Translations under genes and position numbers: made by a program
Notes under the pieces: generated by a model
What the model saw: the letters and a program-made list of their open reading frames with translations, nothing else
What the model was told of the DNA's origin: nothing
Database searches by the model: none
Shown: piece after piece, positions 27,420-39,946 of the stretch
Layout of the letters: each line of letters begins with the position of its first letter
Numbering within the stretch: the first letter of the stretch is position 1
Assembly (NCBI RefSeq): GCF_006345805.1
Contig: NC_043003.1
Span: forward strand, 79,112,001-79,176,000
Reading direction: 5' to 3'
Length of the DNA: 64,000 nt
Source: Octopus sinensis
Taxonomy: Eukaryota

Positions 27420-27780
27420 AACATGCATATATGGGTACAGAACGTCATAAAACGTAAACAACATGAAATACGAAATACAAAAACATGGAATACGAATATT
27501 TTGGCGAATAACGAAAGAAACAAATGGAAAACAAGACAAACAACATAAAGTATAACTCTTCATCAGTGTCGGCTGTTTTATCTACTCCACATTTCGAGCA
27601 TTTACGACAAGATGTGCCTTCGTCAAGACAGTTGCTCCCACAAAGCAAATTAAATAAAATTTGGGATTTGCGGAGGGTCAAAGTTGATAACAAAAACAGG
27701 GGTGAGGTAGCGAACGCTGGAGAAACAGGCTTTGACAAGAGACAGACAAGTATGCATCTGATCTATTGAAGCTGAGCGGA
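27420..27780 (-). mobile_element. Probable Penelope-like pLTR with a degenerate hammerhead
   Basis: Minus strand reads UGUC-UUGACGA-AGGCA..UGCUC-GAAA..GUA-GAUA with a downstream CUGAUGA; TA-rich context. Confidence 0.4.
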
Positions 27781-28093
27781 AGAAAAGAAAGCAATTCAAG
27801 TTAGGAAAAGAAAGATGGGCGATGGTCACGTGTGAGCAGCGAGATAGTAAAGGAGGACTAGTGAGGAAGCGAGAGGGACAGATAGAGAACGGTGAAGGGG
27901 AGAGGAAAAGAATTAGAGAAAGGATGAGAGAGAAAAACCGAAACGGGAGAAGGGGAGAATAAAAGAATTAGAGTAAGGAAGAGAGAAGAAACGAAAGAGA
28001 AATAGAAATAGAATAGAACAAGCATCGCATCAAAATTATTAAGTAAAAACTTCATTGGAAACGGATGCGTGGCGTTCAGTCATACTCATTTAT

Positions 28094-28163
<70 letters not shown>

Positions 28164-28170
28164 CATATAT

Positions 28171-28208
<38 letters not shown>

Positions 28209-28401
28209 ACACACACACCCATGCATATAGGTATAGGACGCCATATAACGTAAACAACACGAAATACGGTATTTCATGTTGTTTACCTTCTATGAAGTCC
28301 TGTACCCATATATGCATAAGTATATACATATATATGTAAATATGTACACATATGTATGTATACATGCATATATCTATATCTATCTATCTATCTATCTACT
28401 A

Positions 28402-28443
<42 letters not shown>

Positions 28444-28457
28444 CATATATATATATA

Positions 28458-28508
<51 letters not shown>

Positions 28509-28751
28509 TACACACAGAAATCTCTCTTCGAACAAAAAAAATATCTTCGGGAATTTTTTCTGGCTCTTAAAATTTGAATTCAAATTGCGTCGACTTTATT
28601 TATTTATTTATTTATTTATTTTTGTCATTCTTCCGGAGCTGAAAAAAATAATGTATCAATCGAGTACTGGAACTGGGATCGTGTTAATCGACTCCAATCT
28701 ATTTCACAAAACATTCTTTCACCTTGAACCCATTATTATAATGAAGACGAC

Positions 28752-29150
28752 AAGGCAGCGAACTGGCAGAATTGTTAACACGCTGGGCGAAATGCTTAGC
28801 AGTATTTCGTCAGCCGCTACGTTCTGAGTTCAAATTCCACCGAGGTCGACTTTGCCTTTCATCCTTTCGAGGTTGATTAAATAAGTACCAGTTACGCACT
28901 GGGGTCGATGTAATCGACTTAATCCGTTTGTCTGTCCTTGTTTGTCCTGTCTGTGTTTAGCCCCTTGTGGGTAGTAAAGAAATAGGTATTTCGTCCATTG
29001 CTATGTTCTGAGTTCAAATTCTTCCGAGGACGAATTTGCTTTTCATCCATTCAGGGTCGATCAATTAAGTATCAGAGAAACACTGGGGTCGATGTAATCG
29101 ACTAGTCTCCTTCCCGAAAATTTGAGGGCTTGTGCCTTTAGTAGAAAGGT
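28752..29150 (+). mobile_element. Dimeric SINE family A
   Basis: Same two-monomer layout and AAATAGGTATTTCGTC junction as 1530-1930. Confidence 0.8.
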
Positions 29151-29222
29151 TTATTATCACCATCATCGTCGTCGTCGTCGTCGTCGTCTTCATCATCATC
29201 ATCATTATTATTATTATTATTA

Positions 29223-29307
<85 letters not shown>

Positions 29308-29863
29308 GAGTGAGAGAGCAGTGCATGTCATCAAAGTGACACTGGGGTAAAATATACGAAGCCCAATATACCCATCATGACTACCCGTCTGATAAGGGTA
29401 CACCAGGCACATGCATCACAACCATATGTGCGCGACATGGTGATCTCATATCAAGATAAACAGCACATGACCTTGCAGGTGGGGCCCAGTTAGAATTTTC
29501 TTCAGGTTGAGTAGCCCATCCCGCTCAAAAGGTCCCTGAATAAGGGTTGTTTAAGGATGTTGAAAGAACCACCCATGTTTCCAGAGGTGAATTATTCAAA
29601 CCCCAAAGAATGCCTCTCAACACATGGCTATGATGCTCCCCCACTACTTCTGCTCGTGATCAGAGATTACATATCGTCAGCCACTAAGGGACATGCTCAA
29701 CTGGTTACGGTCTAACAACTGACAAGCAAATCTGTGGTATTGAGCAGAATATTTGCTGTAGCCCATCTTTTATACCAAGACAAAACAATGTACATGATAA
29801 CACTTCCAATCAGTTAAGATCAGAAGCCATGAGAGCCACTGCCTGGTACTGCATCAGGGCATT
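29308..29863 (-). mobile_element. Family E retroposon, full length, in a (TAA)n array
   Basis: Homologous to 2027-2584; (ATT)n on both flanks. Confidence 0.85.
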
Positions 29864-29891
29864 ATTATTATTATCATTATTATTATTATTA

Positions 29892-29934
<43 letters not shown>

Positions 29935-30135
29935 GGCAGTATCATTAGCACGCCGGGTAAAATGCCGAGCGGGATTTTGTCTGACCATGCATGCTGAGTT
30001 CAAATCCCGTTAAGGCCGACTTTGCCTTTCATTCTTTCGTGATCGATAAATTAAGTACCAGTTGAACACTGGGGTCGATGTAATTGACTCCTCCTCTCCC
30101 CCCAAATTGCTGCCCTTGTGGCCAATTTGAAGTTG
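29935..30135 (+). mobile_element. SINE family A
   Basis: Family core present; (ATT)n flanks. Confidence 0.75.
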
Positions 30136-30242
30136 CTATTATTATTATTATTATTATTATTATTTATTATTATTATTATTATATTATTATTATTATTATT
30201 ATTTTTATCATTATCATTATTATTATCATTATATTATTATTA

Positions 30243-30322
<80 letters not shown>

Positions 30323-30899
30323 ATTATTATTGCCTCGGCAAGATGTATTTTGTATCATTAGTGTGATTAAAATGAAAAAAAAAATTTTTTTTTCGAATTT
30401 TGAGGGTGAACATTGTTAATAGAGTGATAGCTTTTCTAGTAATGTTATTTTCCTCGTTAAACAAGGAAAAGCAATTATTTCGTTGGACATAATTTTTTTG
30501 TCCACCAAGCATTTCAAATATGGTGACTAAGGCGGCTAATGCCCCCTACTCCAACCCCACACCATCCTACCCCAAATTTCAGCCCAAAATAAGGGAGAAA
30601 CAAATGTCATGCAAGCAAGATTTTGGTGTAGTTTATAAAACACACCAGAAGAAATTATCTTTTCACATGCAAGTATATCCCGTACTATCACGCAAACCGT
30701 TGGTAGTCTAAATTGTAACAACAACAATAAAGTTTCCCTTTTTTGCTTGCGTTGCCAGTAACAAGGGAATTTGAATGCGAATGAATTAGATGAGAAAAAA
30801 ACGTGGCGTGGCACAAAGAAGTGACGAAATCAAATATTTCCTTGCTCAAGACTCTTATCAGGAACGAGAGAGAAGGAAAGTAATTTACCTCTGATTCAT

Positions 30900-33250
30900 A
30901 GATAAATGAGATAGTCTTCACTCAGCCTCAAAAAAATTTTGAAAGAGGTACTGCCCGATTAGTGGAAGTGTGTAGTTTCCATTGACTACGGAAGAAGAAA
31001 CGAGAGCATATGACTAGACCACAAAATCGATAATGATGCGAATCAACTTGAGGAGACACTGAGAAAAGCACCTGCGTATCGACTGATACCATAATAAATG
31101 GACCAGTGCAGCACAAGGTTGATAGTCTGGGGTATTGGCAATGACATTGATCTATGGTTTGTCGTCATCTTTATAGCGCAATATGGGCAGGTGGTAAGGC
31201 AACGAAGAATGAGATGTAATCGAGGGGAATCAGTATGGACTTACACGACCTATTGACTTACCAACAGCTGTGCCTCATCGTGAGTTCAGAAACAAAAGTG
31301 ATGAAACCAGCTGTGCAGGGCAAAAAAACCCAGCTGTTGTACTAGAAAAAAACCAAAAGTCATTTAAGCGTTTTCTGCCCTATGGAGCTATAAAGGCACA
31401 AGAAGAGACACCAGTGCATCCGTGAATAACAAAAGCCGGTGCTGAAAGGTATGGTTCCAATAGCTCTGCCAGTTGAAGTTCTGGAAATGGAGGAAGAGAA
31501 CGCCTCGTCTCCGGTCTCAGAAGCTGAAGAGGCTTTTAGAAGTAGTCAGGCCAATAAGATGTTGGTGAAAACTTAATCAATGATTTATCACAATTTAAAA
31601 CAGCGACACCTAAAGGACGTTGGTTATATTTTACCATGACCATTTCAGAAAACGTTTATGGGTACCACTGAGTATACCCAATTCCACAATAATAAGTGGA
31701 AGTTGGGCAAAGTCATAGGGTGTTTTCATCCGAGGTAGGTTTTAGGTTCTCATCCGTGTGGATAGATGGGTTACTCGAAATAACTATGTTTTGTTTCAAT
31801 CATATCCCCTTTTTAATAATAGTTTTTATATAATTATTTATTCATTTATAACAAATTTCTAAGATACACAACTATATATTGTAACATTTCTGTCCATCCC
31901 CTTGTTTTTAAATAATTTTGTTTTGTCCAACGCCACGGGTTTATAACCCTTGTGCTTACGGTTTTTCTATAGTATGTATGAATTTGTCCTTGGTGGTAAA
32001 TAAAGTGAGTGTAACTGGAATAAAGAAATTCCTACTGAAGATAAAAACAGACAGATCGCTTATGTAAACAACATAGATGGCTTTTCTCAACTTTGCAGCC
32101 ACCAGCGTATCGAATTTACGAGTGAGTTGTACGAATGCACACGACCTGGGGGTTGACGTAAATGCCATAACTCCTTTTGAACTATCTGAGATCAGTAAAT
32201 CTCAATGTAGTAACCATCAGCTAGCCTAGAATTTCTGAGAGGAATGCATTCACTTTTCTTCTAGATGTTTACAAGGTCCACACCTCTTTTAGTCGGTCCG
32301 AAACAAATGTTGCGGAAATACTGTTTCCGAAAGGCGTAGACTTTGAGGTAAATACGATCTTTCTAGAACCAGAGGATACGAAGATGGTCCTACTTGTGAG
32401 CAGTAGTGGAGATGGTAGTGCTTTATATTCCAACAGGATCTAGAAGGCCAACTTTCTTCAGACATCTGGAAGTTTTCACAGAAACACTTAGCTAATTAGT
32501 GTTAGAAGATGAGTGAAATTAAACTTTAGATGTGCGTAGAGATTGTGTGAGAGTAGCCGATAGAAGAAAATGGTATAGAAGCCTTCCAAACTTGCTCAGG
32601 CGTTTCTAACAGGCTGACAAGTATCGCCTGGATTTTCCAAACACACCAGAATGAACTAAGAAAAATTTCCGCACATAATGTCGCTTCTATTTGGTTAACC
32701 AATAGAGATAAACTAAGCTGTTCGTAGTTACGGGGCTACAAGGACCTCAAATTTTTAATATGTGCAGTCAACTTAAACAGCAGGATCATGAGTACCAGAA
32801 ACTAAATGCAGTATTTCAGGGATTAATGTAACGAATTACTTCAGCAAGAATTGATGGGCTCATATGCGAAAAAGCATTTGCGGGTGCCACTAAAAAGGAA
32901 AAAGAAAATAGTAAAACCGTGTGTTAGTTTTAGCAAAAGTGATAATTGAGAACAATGGATTAAAGAAGGAGCTAGTAGATTAGTAAAGGCGATTAGAAAA
33001 GGCATCATTTACGATTTGCTCAAACATTTACGAAGCACGAAGTTTGCGCTGAAAAAAAAAATGAAGGAGCGAACGCCATTAAGCAAGAATGGTTGGCGGA
33101 GGTATAGCATAGTTACAAAACCACACTTTAATCTTTAACGGACTCTAGCGTTCGCTTACTATCCGATTCCAAGCATTTGATTGGTGAAGGTGTTAATTGA
33201 GAGGTTAGTGTTTATCCTTCGTAATGTCCTGAAAGATCAGTCCAAGACAA
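30900..33250 (+). pseudogene. Ancient degenerate L1/Tx1-like LINE (ORF1 region plus AP endonuclease)
   Basis: Fragments LRVSCTNAHDL (endonuclease start, ~32115), DKYRLDFPNTPE*T (~32615) and a decayed zinc-knuckle-like stretch at ~31330; many stops. Confidence 0.45.
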
Positions 33251-33720
33251 AATTCATCACGTACTGCGATGCAGGAGCTCGCGCTGGATTTTCTACGTCG
33301 TCAAATAATCTGCTAGAATGAACAGCTACACCTCCCTCAATTTACTCCTAGATATTTTCAAAAAGAAATATCTTAATGTAGTCCTGCGTGCCTTCAAAGG
33401 ATGGGGCAGTCGTGGTTGAAACACTTTGGTCAAGCACTATTCAGTCACAACAGCATTGTACAGAATAGATCTGATCCATTCGGATCTGCAGCATTGACCA
33501 TCGGTATCTTCTGAGTGTCCTTTGTACAGATGGTTTCGAACGCGTGACCAGAGGCTTGATCACCGCACCCGACAATTGATCAGGTTAAAAGGAATCCAGC
33601 TTAAATCAGAAAACAGCAGTAAAACAATGCAAATTGTCAGCAACAGCAATAACAGCAACAACGACGACGACGAGGGCGGCGGCGACAACGACGACGATGA
33701 CAGCAGCAGCAGCAGCAGCA

Positions 33721-33915
33721 GTGGAGGCGCAATGGCCCAGTGGTTAGGGCAGCGGACTCGAGGTCGTAAGAACGCAGTTTCGATTCCCAGACCGGGCATT
33801 GTGAGTGTTCATTGAGCAAAAACACCTAAGCTCCACGAGGCTCCGGCAGGGGGTGGATTGGTGAACCCCGTTGTACTCTTTCACCACAACTTTCTCTCAC
33901 TCTTTCTTCCTACTT
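33721..33915 (+). mobile_element. SINE family C, 5' part
   Basis: GGAGGCGCAATGGCCCAGTGGTTAGGGCAGCGGACTCG tRNA-like head. Confidence 0.8.
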
Positions 33916-34559
33916 CTGCCACAAAACAGAGGAACCATGGAGTAACACACTATGGTGTAGTAAACTTTCAGACCCTTGTCTAGATTGCGAATCCTCTGTA
34001 CCCCAGGATGGTTCAGCTCTCCACCCATTAAAAAAGCCACTGTTTACGGAATGAGGATAACAACATAGCTTTCGCGCCCGTGCAACCGCCAGTCTATCGC
34101 GTATGGTGGGTGGATCTTCAAGTTGCCACACGCATTTTTAATAGCTTAGAGTAGGCTCGAATTAGAGATTATTCTTTGTGGCTAATGGCGTGAGTCCTGT
34201 TTGGAAGAAGAAAGAAGAAGAAGCAGCAGCAGCAACAACAACAAGAACAACAATAACAGTTACACTACTTTATGTCGCAATAACTTCATTAAATGGGACA
34301 AAATGCCTTGCGGTATTTATTCTCGCTAATTGTACTCTGGGCTCAAATCCTGCTGAAGTTAACATCCTCTGTCGTCCTTTTGAGGACCATAATATAAATT
34401 ACAAGCCCAGGTTGATGAATCGATGGAACTGTCAGAATGTCGAATACGGTGCCTTGTTATAATTGTTCCAGCTGTTCGTGTTCTCAGTTTATGATGGGGT
34501 GATGGACTTAATCCGTCTCCAGGCTTAACACCACCAACTGGTCCTTGGATGCTATTAGC

Positions 34560-34790
34560 AGAGAATTCACTGCATTACAAGCATTCGGGTCAAGGCACCG
34601 GTTTAAGGAGTGAGTTTTGTTCGAAATGGAGAAAATAGGGTCATTCATGTACAGAAGGAAAGGAGTTGGAGACAAAACCGAACTCTGAGTTACATAAAGC
34701 GTTGATAGAATGGAGGGGGAAAAAAGGGCTCCGTCAAAAAACACTGTAAATGATCTGGAGTGGATCTGGCTTACGTAAGAAGTGTTGTTG
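34560..34790 (-). pseudogene. Degenerate CR1/Jockey-group RT fragment
   Basis: RSFTVFFDGALF...VTQSSVLSPTPFLLYMND resembles GVPQGSVLSP.LFLLYIND. Confidence 0.6.
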
Positions 34791-36334
34791 ACCATTGTGG
34801 AGAGAGAGCGAGAGAGAGAGAGAGAGAGAGAGGTGGGGGAACGGTTGGGGACGCAAGGGGAGAGGGAGAGAGAAGAAAGAAAGTGAGAGAAAGGGAAAAA
34901 CAGAGAGTCAAGCTATTGGAGGATGTTATGATGGTTGTCTCCATCACATTTGAAATATTGGAACATTATTTAAAAAAATAGACGATAGTTGGCAATGTCA
35001 GAAGAGTTGACTTTCTTCGGAAGAGAACACAGTGTAGCACGTTACCGAAGACCAGGGCATATTTCTGTGAAGAACCAGAAGGATTGACCGAAGTTTTGAA
35101 GGCGGAATAGCTTGAAGGTTGTCTATTATTCTAAGACACCCTTCGAGTTTGGGTAGTTGTCTTGCAAGAGCTACGTTGCTAGGTAAAAGCTATCCAGTTT
35201 TGGGAAAGTGAACGAGTTCCTCCAAAGGCTGTAAGCCATATGTTATGCAGCTGCAAGGGAATAACTTAACTATTGTTTCTTTTTGCTGATGGCGTCCATG
35301 AGTAATCTAGTCTCGAAACAATTTTATTCTTATACTGAATCAATCGAGAGTTGTCTCCCGTACATTTTAAAATTTGTCTTGCATTTTGTTAATTATAAAG
35401 TCGTTATTTACAAGTTTCTTACAACTTGTTATTGATAATGGTGACCAAGGATTGTCTGTGCGACTAGGGCAGAACAAATATATCTGATCAAATAATCGAA
35501 CGTTAGTCATTCAGCTATCGCTCTTTCATTTTTTTTTCTTTTTACTTCCTACAAATGTATTTCAAATTTACATGTTTACAGCTCTTCATTACAGATGGCA
35601 TTCCAGTGTTGCCGATGGTCGTAGTTGTTATTGCTGTTGTTGTTGTTGTTGGTCCTGGTGTAGTCGTTGGTGGTGGTGGTGGTGGTGGTGGTGGTGGTGG
35701 TGGTGGTGGTGGTGGTGGTGGTGGTGGTGGCAGCCAGGTGATGATTATGATGGTGAAGACGTTTCGAAATGATTTCAATTTTCAAATTTTGTGATCTTTA
35801 GAACTTTTGCTTTCCTGTCGTTTAAGTTGTTCATGTTATCGCTGTTATTTACTTTCATACAAATGGCATAGAACAAACCTTCACTCCCTGTCTCCAGCCA
35901 CAGGGCTGTGAATTATATGGTACCGGGCCGCACAGTAAGAATAATTCTTAAAACTTTTTTTTATTTTTATTCACTTTTGCAGTTTGCTGGGCGATTTTGT
36001 ATAATATATGCATTATATCTTTTGCTTTTTATTCTTTTACTTGTTTCAGGCATTAAACTGTGGCCATGCTGGTGCACCACCATCAAGAATTTTTAGTTGA
36101 ATGAATCGACCTCAAAACTTATTTATTTTTATGAGCCTAGTACTTATTCTATTGGTGTCCATTGCCGAACCGCAAAGTTACGGAGGTGTAAACTCATCGA
36201 CACCGGTTTTCAAGCGCTGTGCGGAGGACAAACACAGACACAAAGATACCCGTATACACACACACACACACACGCCTATATATATATATATATATATAAT
36301 ATATATATATTATATATTATATATATATATATAA

Positions 36335-36586
36335 ATGATTCCTTCTCGAGCCATGCCAGGTTCATGAGGGCTGGTTTCTCGGTTTCAATGGCGTATATAT
36401 TGCCCACCTGGACGAAACGCCGGTCCGTCGCGGGATTATTCCTTTTTGCTTGTTGAATGGACTGGAGCAACGTGAAAATTAAGTGTTTTGCTCAAAAACA
36501 CAACGCATCGCCCGGCCCAGGAATCAAAACCACAATCTTACGATTATGAGTCCAACACCCTAACCATCAAGCCACGCGCCTCCACT
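36335..36586 (-). mobile_element. SINE family D (V-domain-like)
   Basis: tRNA head plus CGCGACGGACCGGCGTTTCGTCCAGG...GAAACCG segment; homolog at 61688-61925. Confidence 0.75.
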
Positions 36587-36598
36587 ACATTTATATAT

Positions 36599-36882
36599 AT
36601 AAGGAAATAATTTTATTCTGAAATGCAGGATAATGCTAATAATATTACACGAACAGGATAAACTATCCATATTTTGCAGAAAAATCTGTCGACGTCCAGC
36701 CATGACGCTCGGACTCACATCCCTGTGATTATGTGTCAAGTGCTTTACCATTAAGCTAAACTGCCCTAACGACAAATTCTGCAAATTTAGGATATATAAA
36801 TATGCAAAATATGGATAGTTTATCCTGTTTATGCTATATTATTAGCAGTATCTTGCGTTTGAGAATAAGATTATTTCCTTAT
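36599..36882. mobile_element. Fold-back/MITE-like element enclosing a tRNA-like cloverleaf
   Basis: ~80-bp inverted arms 36599-36678 / 36803-36882; inner inverted repeat TTTGCAGAA..TGTCG / CGACA..TTCTGCAAA. Confidence 0.7.
36694..36765 (-). pseudogene. Degenerate tRNA-Met(CAT)-like sequence
   Basis: D arm GCTT-AATGGTA-AAGC, anticodon loop CACATAA closed by TGA/TCA, T arm GTGAG-TCCGAGC-GTCAT; mismatches in several stems. Confidence 0.55.
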
Positions 36883-36968
36883 CTGTATCTTTCATACATC
36901 ACAAAGCTTCTAAAGCAAGCTTTGTTGACTTTCAACGTAAGTTGAATTTAATATACATACATACATAC

Positions 36969-37049
<81 letters not shown>

Positions 37050-37557
37050 CGTGGTTGTGTGAAAAGAAACTTGCTTCCCAACTACATGGTTCTGGGTTCA
37101 GTCCTACTGCGTGGCACCTTGGGTAAGTATCTTCTACTATAGCCTAAAGCTTTGTGAGTGGTTTGGGCTGGCGGAAACTAAAAGAATACATGTATATATT
37201 TGTCTGTGGAGGGGTGTCCTCCCACCGCCATGGATTGACAACCGACGCAGGTATGTTTATCTCCCCGTAACTTAGCACCTTGGGACGAAAGTCTTGTGAG
37301 TGGATTTGGTAGACGAAGGCTGAAAGAAACCCTTTGTGTATGTATATATATATATATACAAGGTATATACATATATATACATATATATATACACAAGGTG
37401 CAGCGCCGTGGGACCGAACCCGGAACCATGTGGTTGAGAAGCAAGCTTTTTACCACACATCCACGCTTGGTTGTTTTGCTATGCGCGTGATACCTGGTCC
37501 GGGGAAACATTGTCTTGCATGAGATCAGTCTGTTGTGCCAAAAAATATTCCCCCAGG

Positions 37558-37601
37558 ACACCTGATGAAGGCTGGAGGGTATATCAGCCAAAACGTTGTG
37601 T
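37558..37601 (+). ncRNA. Minimal type I hammerhead, probably inactivated
   Basis: ACAC-CUGAUGA-A-GGCUG..CAGCC-AAAAC-GUU|GUGU; the GAAA core reads AAAA. Confidence 0.55.
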
Positions 37602-37857
37602 TAACAAAGAAGATGAGGACAAATATCCATCAAATATAAATAATGTAAATAATGATTCTTTTCTACTGGTATAAAAGACCTCAAAAAAAAAAAAATTAAT
37701 CCATAAGTGGTCATTGTATTTGCAAGAAATGTCAACCAAATCTTCTTTAAACCAGACCCTGTCATCTTAAAAAAAAATAAGGTGGCTTGGTGGTTAAATT
37801 GTACAGTGCAGTCCGTGGTATACAAAAGAACGGAATGGTGATGGTTGGAGCGCCTCT

Positions 37858-38246
37858 GGATGGAAGCACTCCGTCGGTTACGACGACGAGGGTTCCGGTT
37901 GATCCGAATCAATGGAACAGCCTGCTCGTGAAATTAACGTGTAAGTGGCTGATCACTCCACAGACACGTGTACCCTTAACGTAGTTCTCGGGGATATTCA
38001 GCGTGACACAGAAAGTGACAAGGCCGGCCCTTTGAAATACAGGTACAACAGAAACAGGAAGTAAGAGTGAGAGAAAGTTGTGGTGAAAGAGTACAGCAGG
38101 GATCACCATCATCCCCTGCCGGAGCCTCGTGGAGCTTTAGGTGTTTTCGCTCAATAAACACTCACAACGCTCGGTCTGGGAATCGAAACCGCCATCCTAT
38201 GACCGCGAGTCCGCTGCCCTAACCACTGGGCCATTGCGCCTCCACT
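37858..38246 (-). mobile_element. SINE family C, full length, flanked by a 47-bp direct repeat
   Basis: Homologous to 55040-55416; direct repeats at 37811-37857 and 38248-38294. Confidence 0.9.
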
Positions 38247-39239
38247 GGTCCGTGGTATACAAAAGAACGGAATGGTGACGGTTAGAACGCCTCTAATCAT
38301 ACATCAGATCAATCAGGACTGAGTAACAACTTACACTTGGCACTCATCCTCGCACTCAAACTCAAGTAGACTTTGCATTAGTTGGATTAACCGCTTCAGC
38401 AGCATATGTTACGGTTTAATGCTGCTTGTACATAGCAACATTGGAAATACTAAAACTCCACGTCGGTACCGCTCCAACACAACACCCTCCAACACCACTG
38501 CAATCCCACTCCTCCACGCCAACTCTCTTCTACCACCGCCACCCTCACCGTCACCACTGCCAACACTACTACCATCACCACTACCACCACCACTACTACC
38601 ACCACCACTACCACCACCACCACCACCACCACCGCCGCCGCCGCCGCCATCACCAACAACAACAACACGACCATCACCAACACCAACACCACACATCTCT
38701 CCCTTCAGCAACACCACTCCTCGAACACCGCTCTGCCACATACCACTCTATACCAATGCCACCCCCCACTGCTACCACTACCATCGTCACTAACACCCCC
38801 ACCACTACCCCAAACACTCCAAAACACTCCTCCCCACAACCACCACCCATTCCCTACTTCCACCATCACGCCTCCGCGATTATCTTAACTAAGAAGTCTG
38901 TACTTGGTCTAAAGACAAGCTAGAAACAGCAGCCGAATCTCCCTCACATTACTCACTACAGTTTTAAATAAAGAGAGAAAAGACTAGACAACGTAATTCC
39001 TATGTAGTTTTAAAATCAACGAGATAGTCATATTTAGATTGTTCTTGATCGAAGGGTGCTTAAACTACATCAACAACAACAACAACAATCAAATGTTATT
39101 TCTCGTTTCACACTGCCTCCCCTTCCGTCACATGATCAACTCCTTCTTACCATCACCACCACCACCACCCGTATGCTAGCACCATCTATTGCAATCACCA
39201 CTCGAGACTCTACCATAAAACCACCCAGGCATTATACCA

Positions 39240-39830
39240 GCCTTGACTCCCGAACACATCACCATCACCAACACTGCCACCACTACAAACACAACAACAA
39301 CAACAACCATCATCACCATCACTAATACCACCAACACCACCACCACTATCACCAACACCACGACGTCGACCACCACCACTACCACCACCACCACCAACGC
39401 TACCACCAACACCATCACTACCACCACCACCATTACCACCATCACTACCACCACCACCAACGCTACCACCAACACCACTACCACCACCACCATTACCACC
39501 AATTCCACCATCACTACCACCACCACCACTATCACCAACACCACGACGACCACCACCATTACCACCACCACCAACGCTACCACCAACACCATCACTACCA
39601 CCACCACCATTACCACCATCACTACCACCACCACCAACGCTACCACCAACACCACTACCACCACCACCATTACCACCACTACCACAACCACCACCAACGC
39701 CATCACTACCACCACCACCATTACCCCCACCATCACTACCTCCACCACCACTATCACCAACACCACAACGACCACCGCCACCACCATTACCACCACTACA
39801 ACCAACACCACCACCACAACTAATCAACAA
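39240..39830. repeat. ACC-rich minisatellite
   Basis: Recurrent ACCAACGCTACCACCAACACC unit. Confidence 0.9.
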
Positions 39831-39904
39831 CACCGCCATAATCAACTACAACATGTAAAACTTAGGTTTTCACCATCCGACATCACTTCCACACTCACTG
39901 TGAC

Positions 39905-39905
39905 A

Positions 39906-39946
<41 letters not shown>

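Noticed and set aside
29800-29830. Weak U2 snRNA-like stretch ATCAGTTAAGATCAGA in family E
   Set aside because: Short, antisense to the inferred element orientation, and no Sm site or other U2 features
37909-38161. Near-identical short ORFs repeated at 55107-55359
   Set aside because: Incidental reading frames of SINE family C, not a gene family
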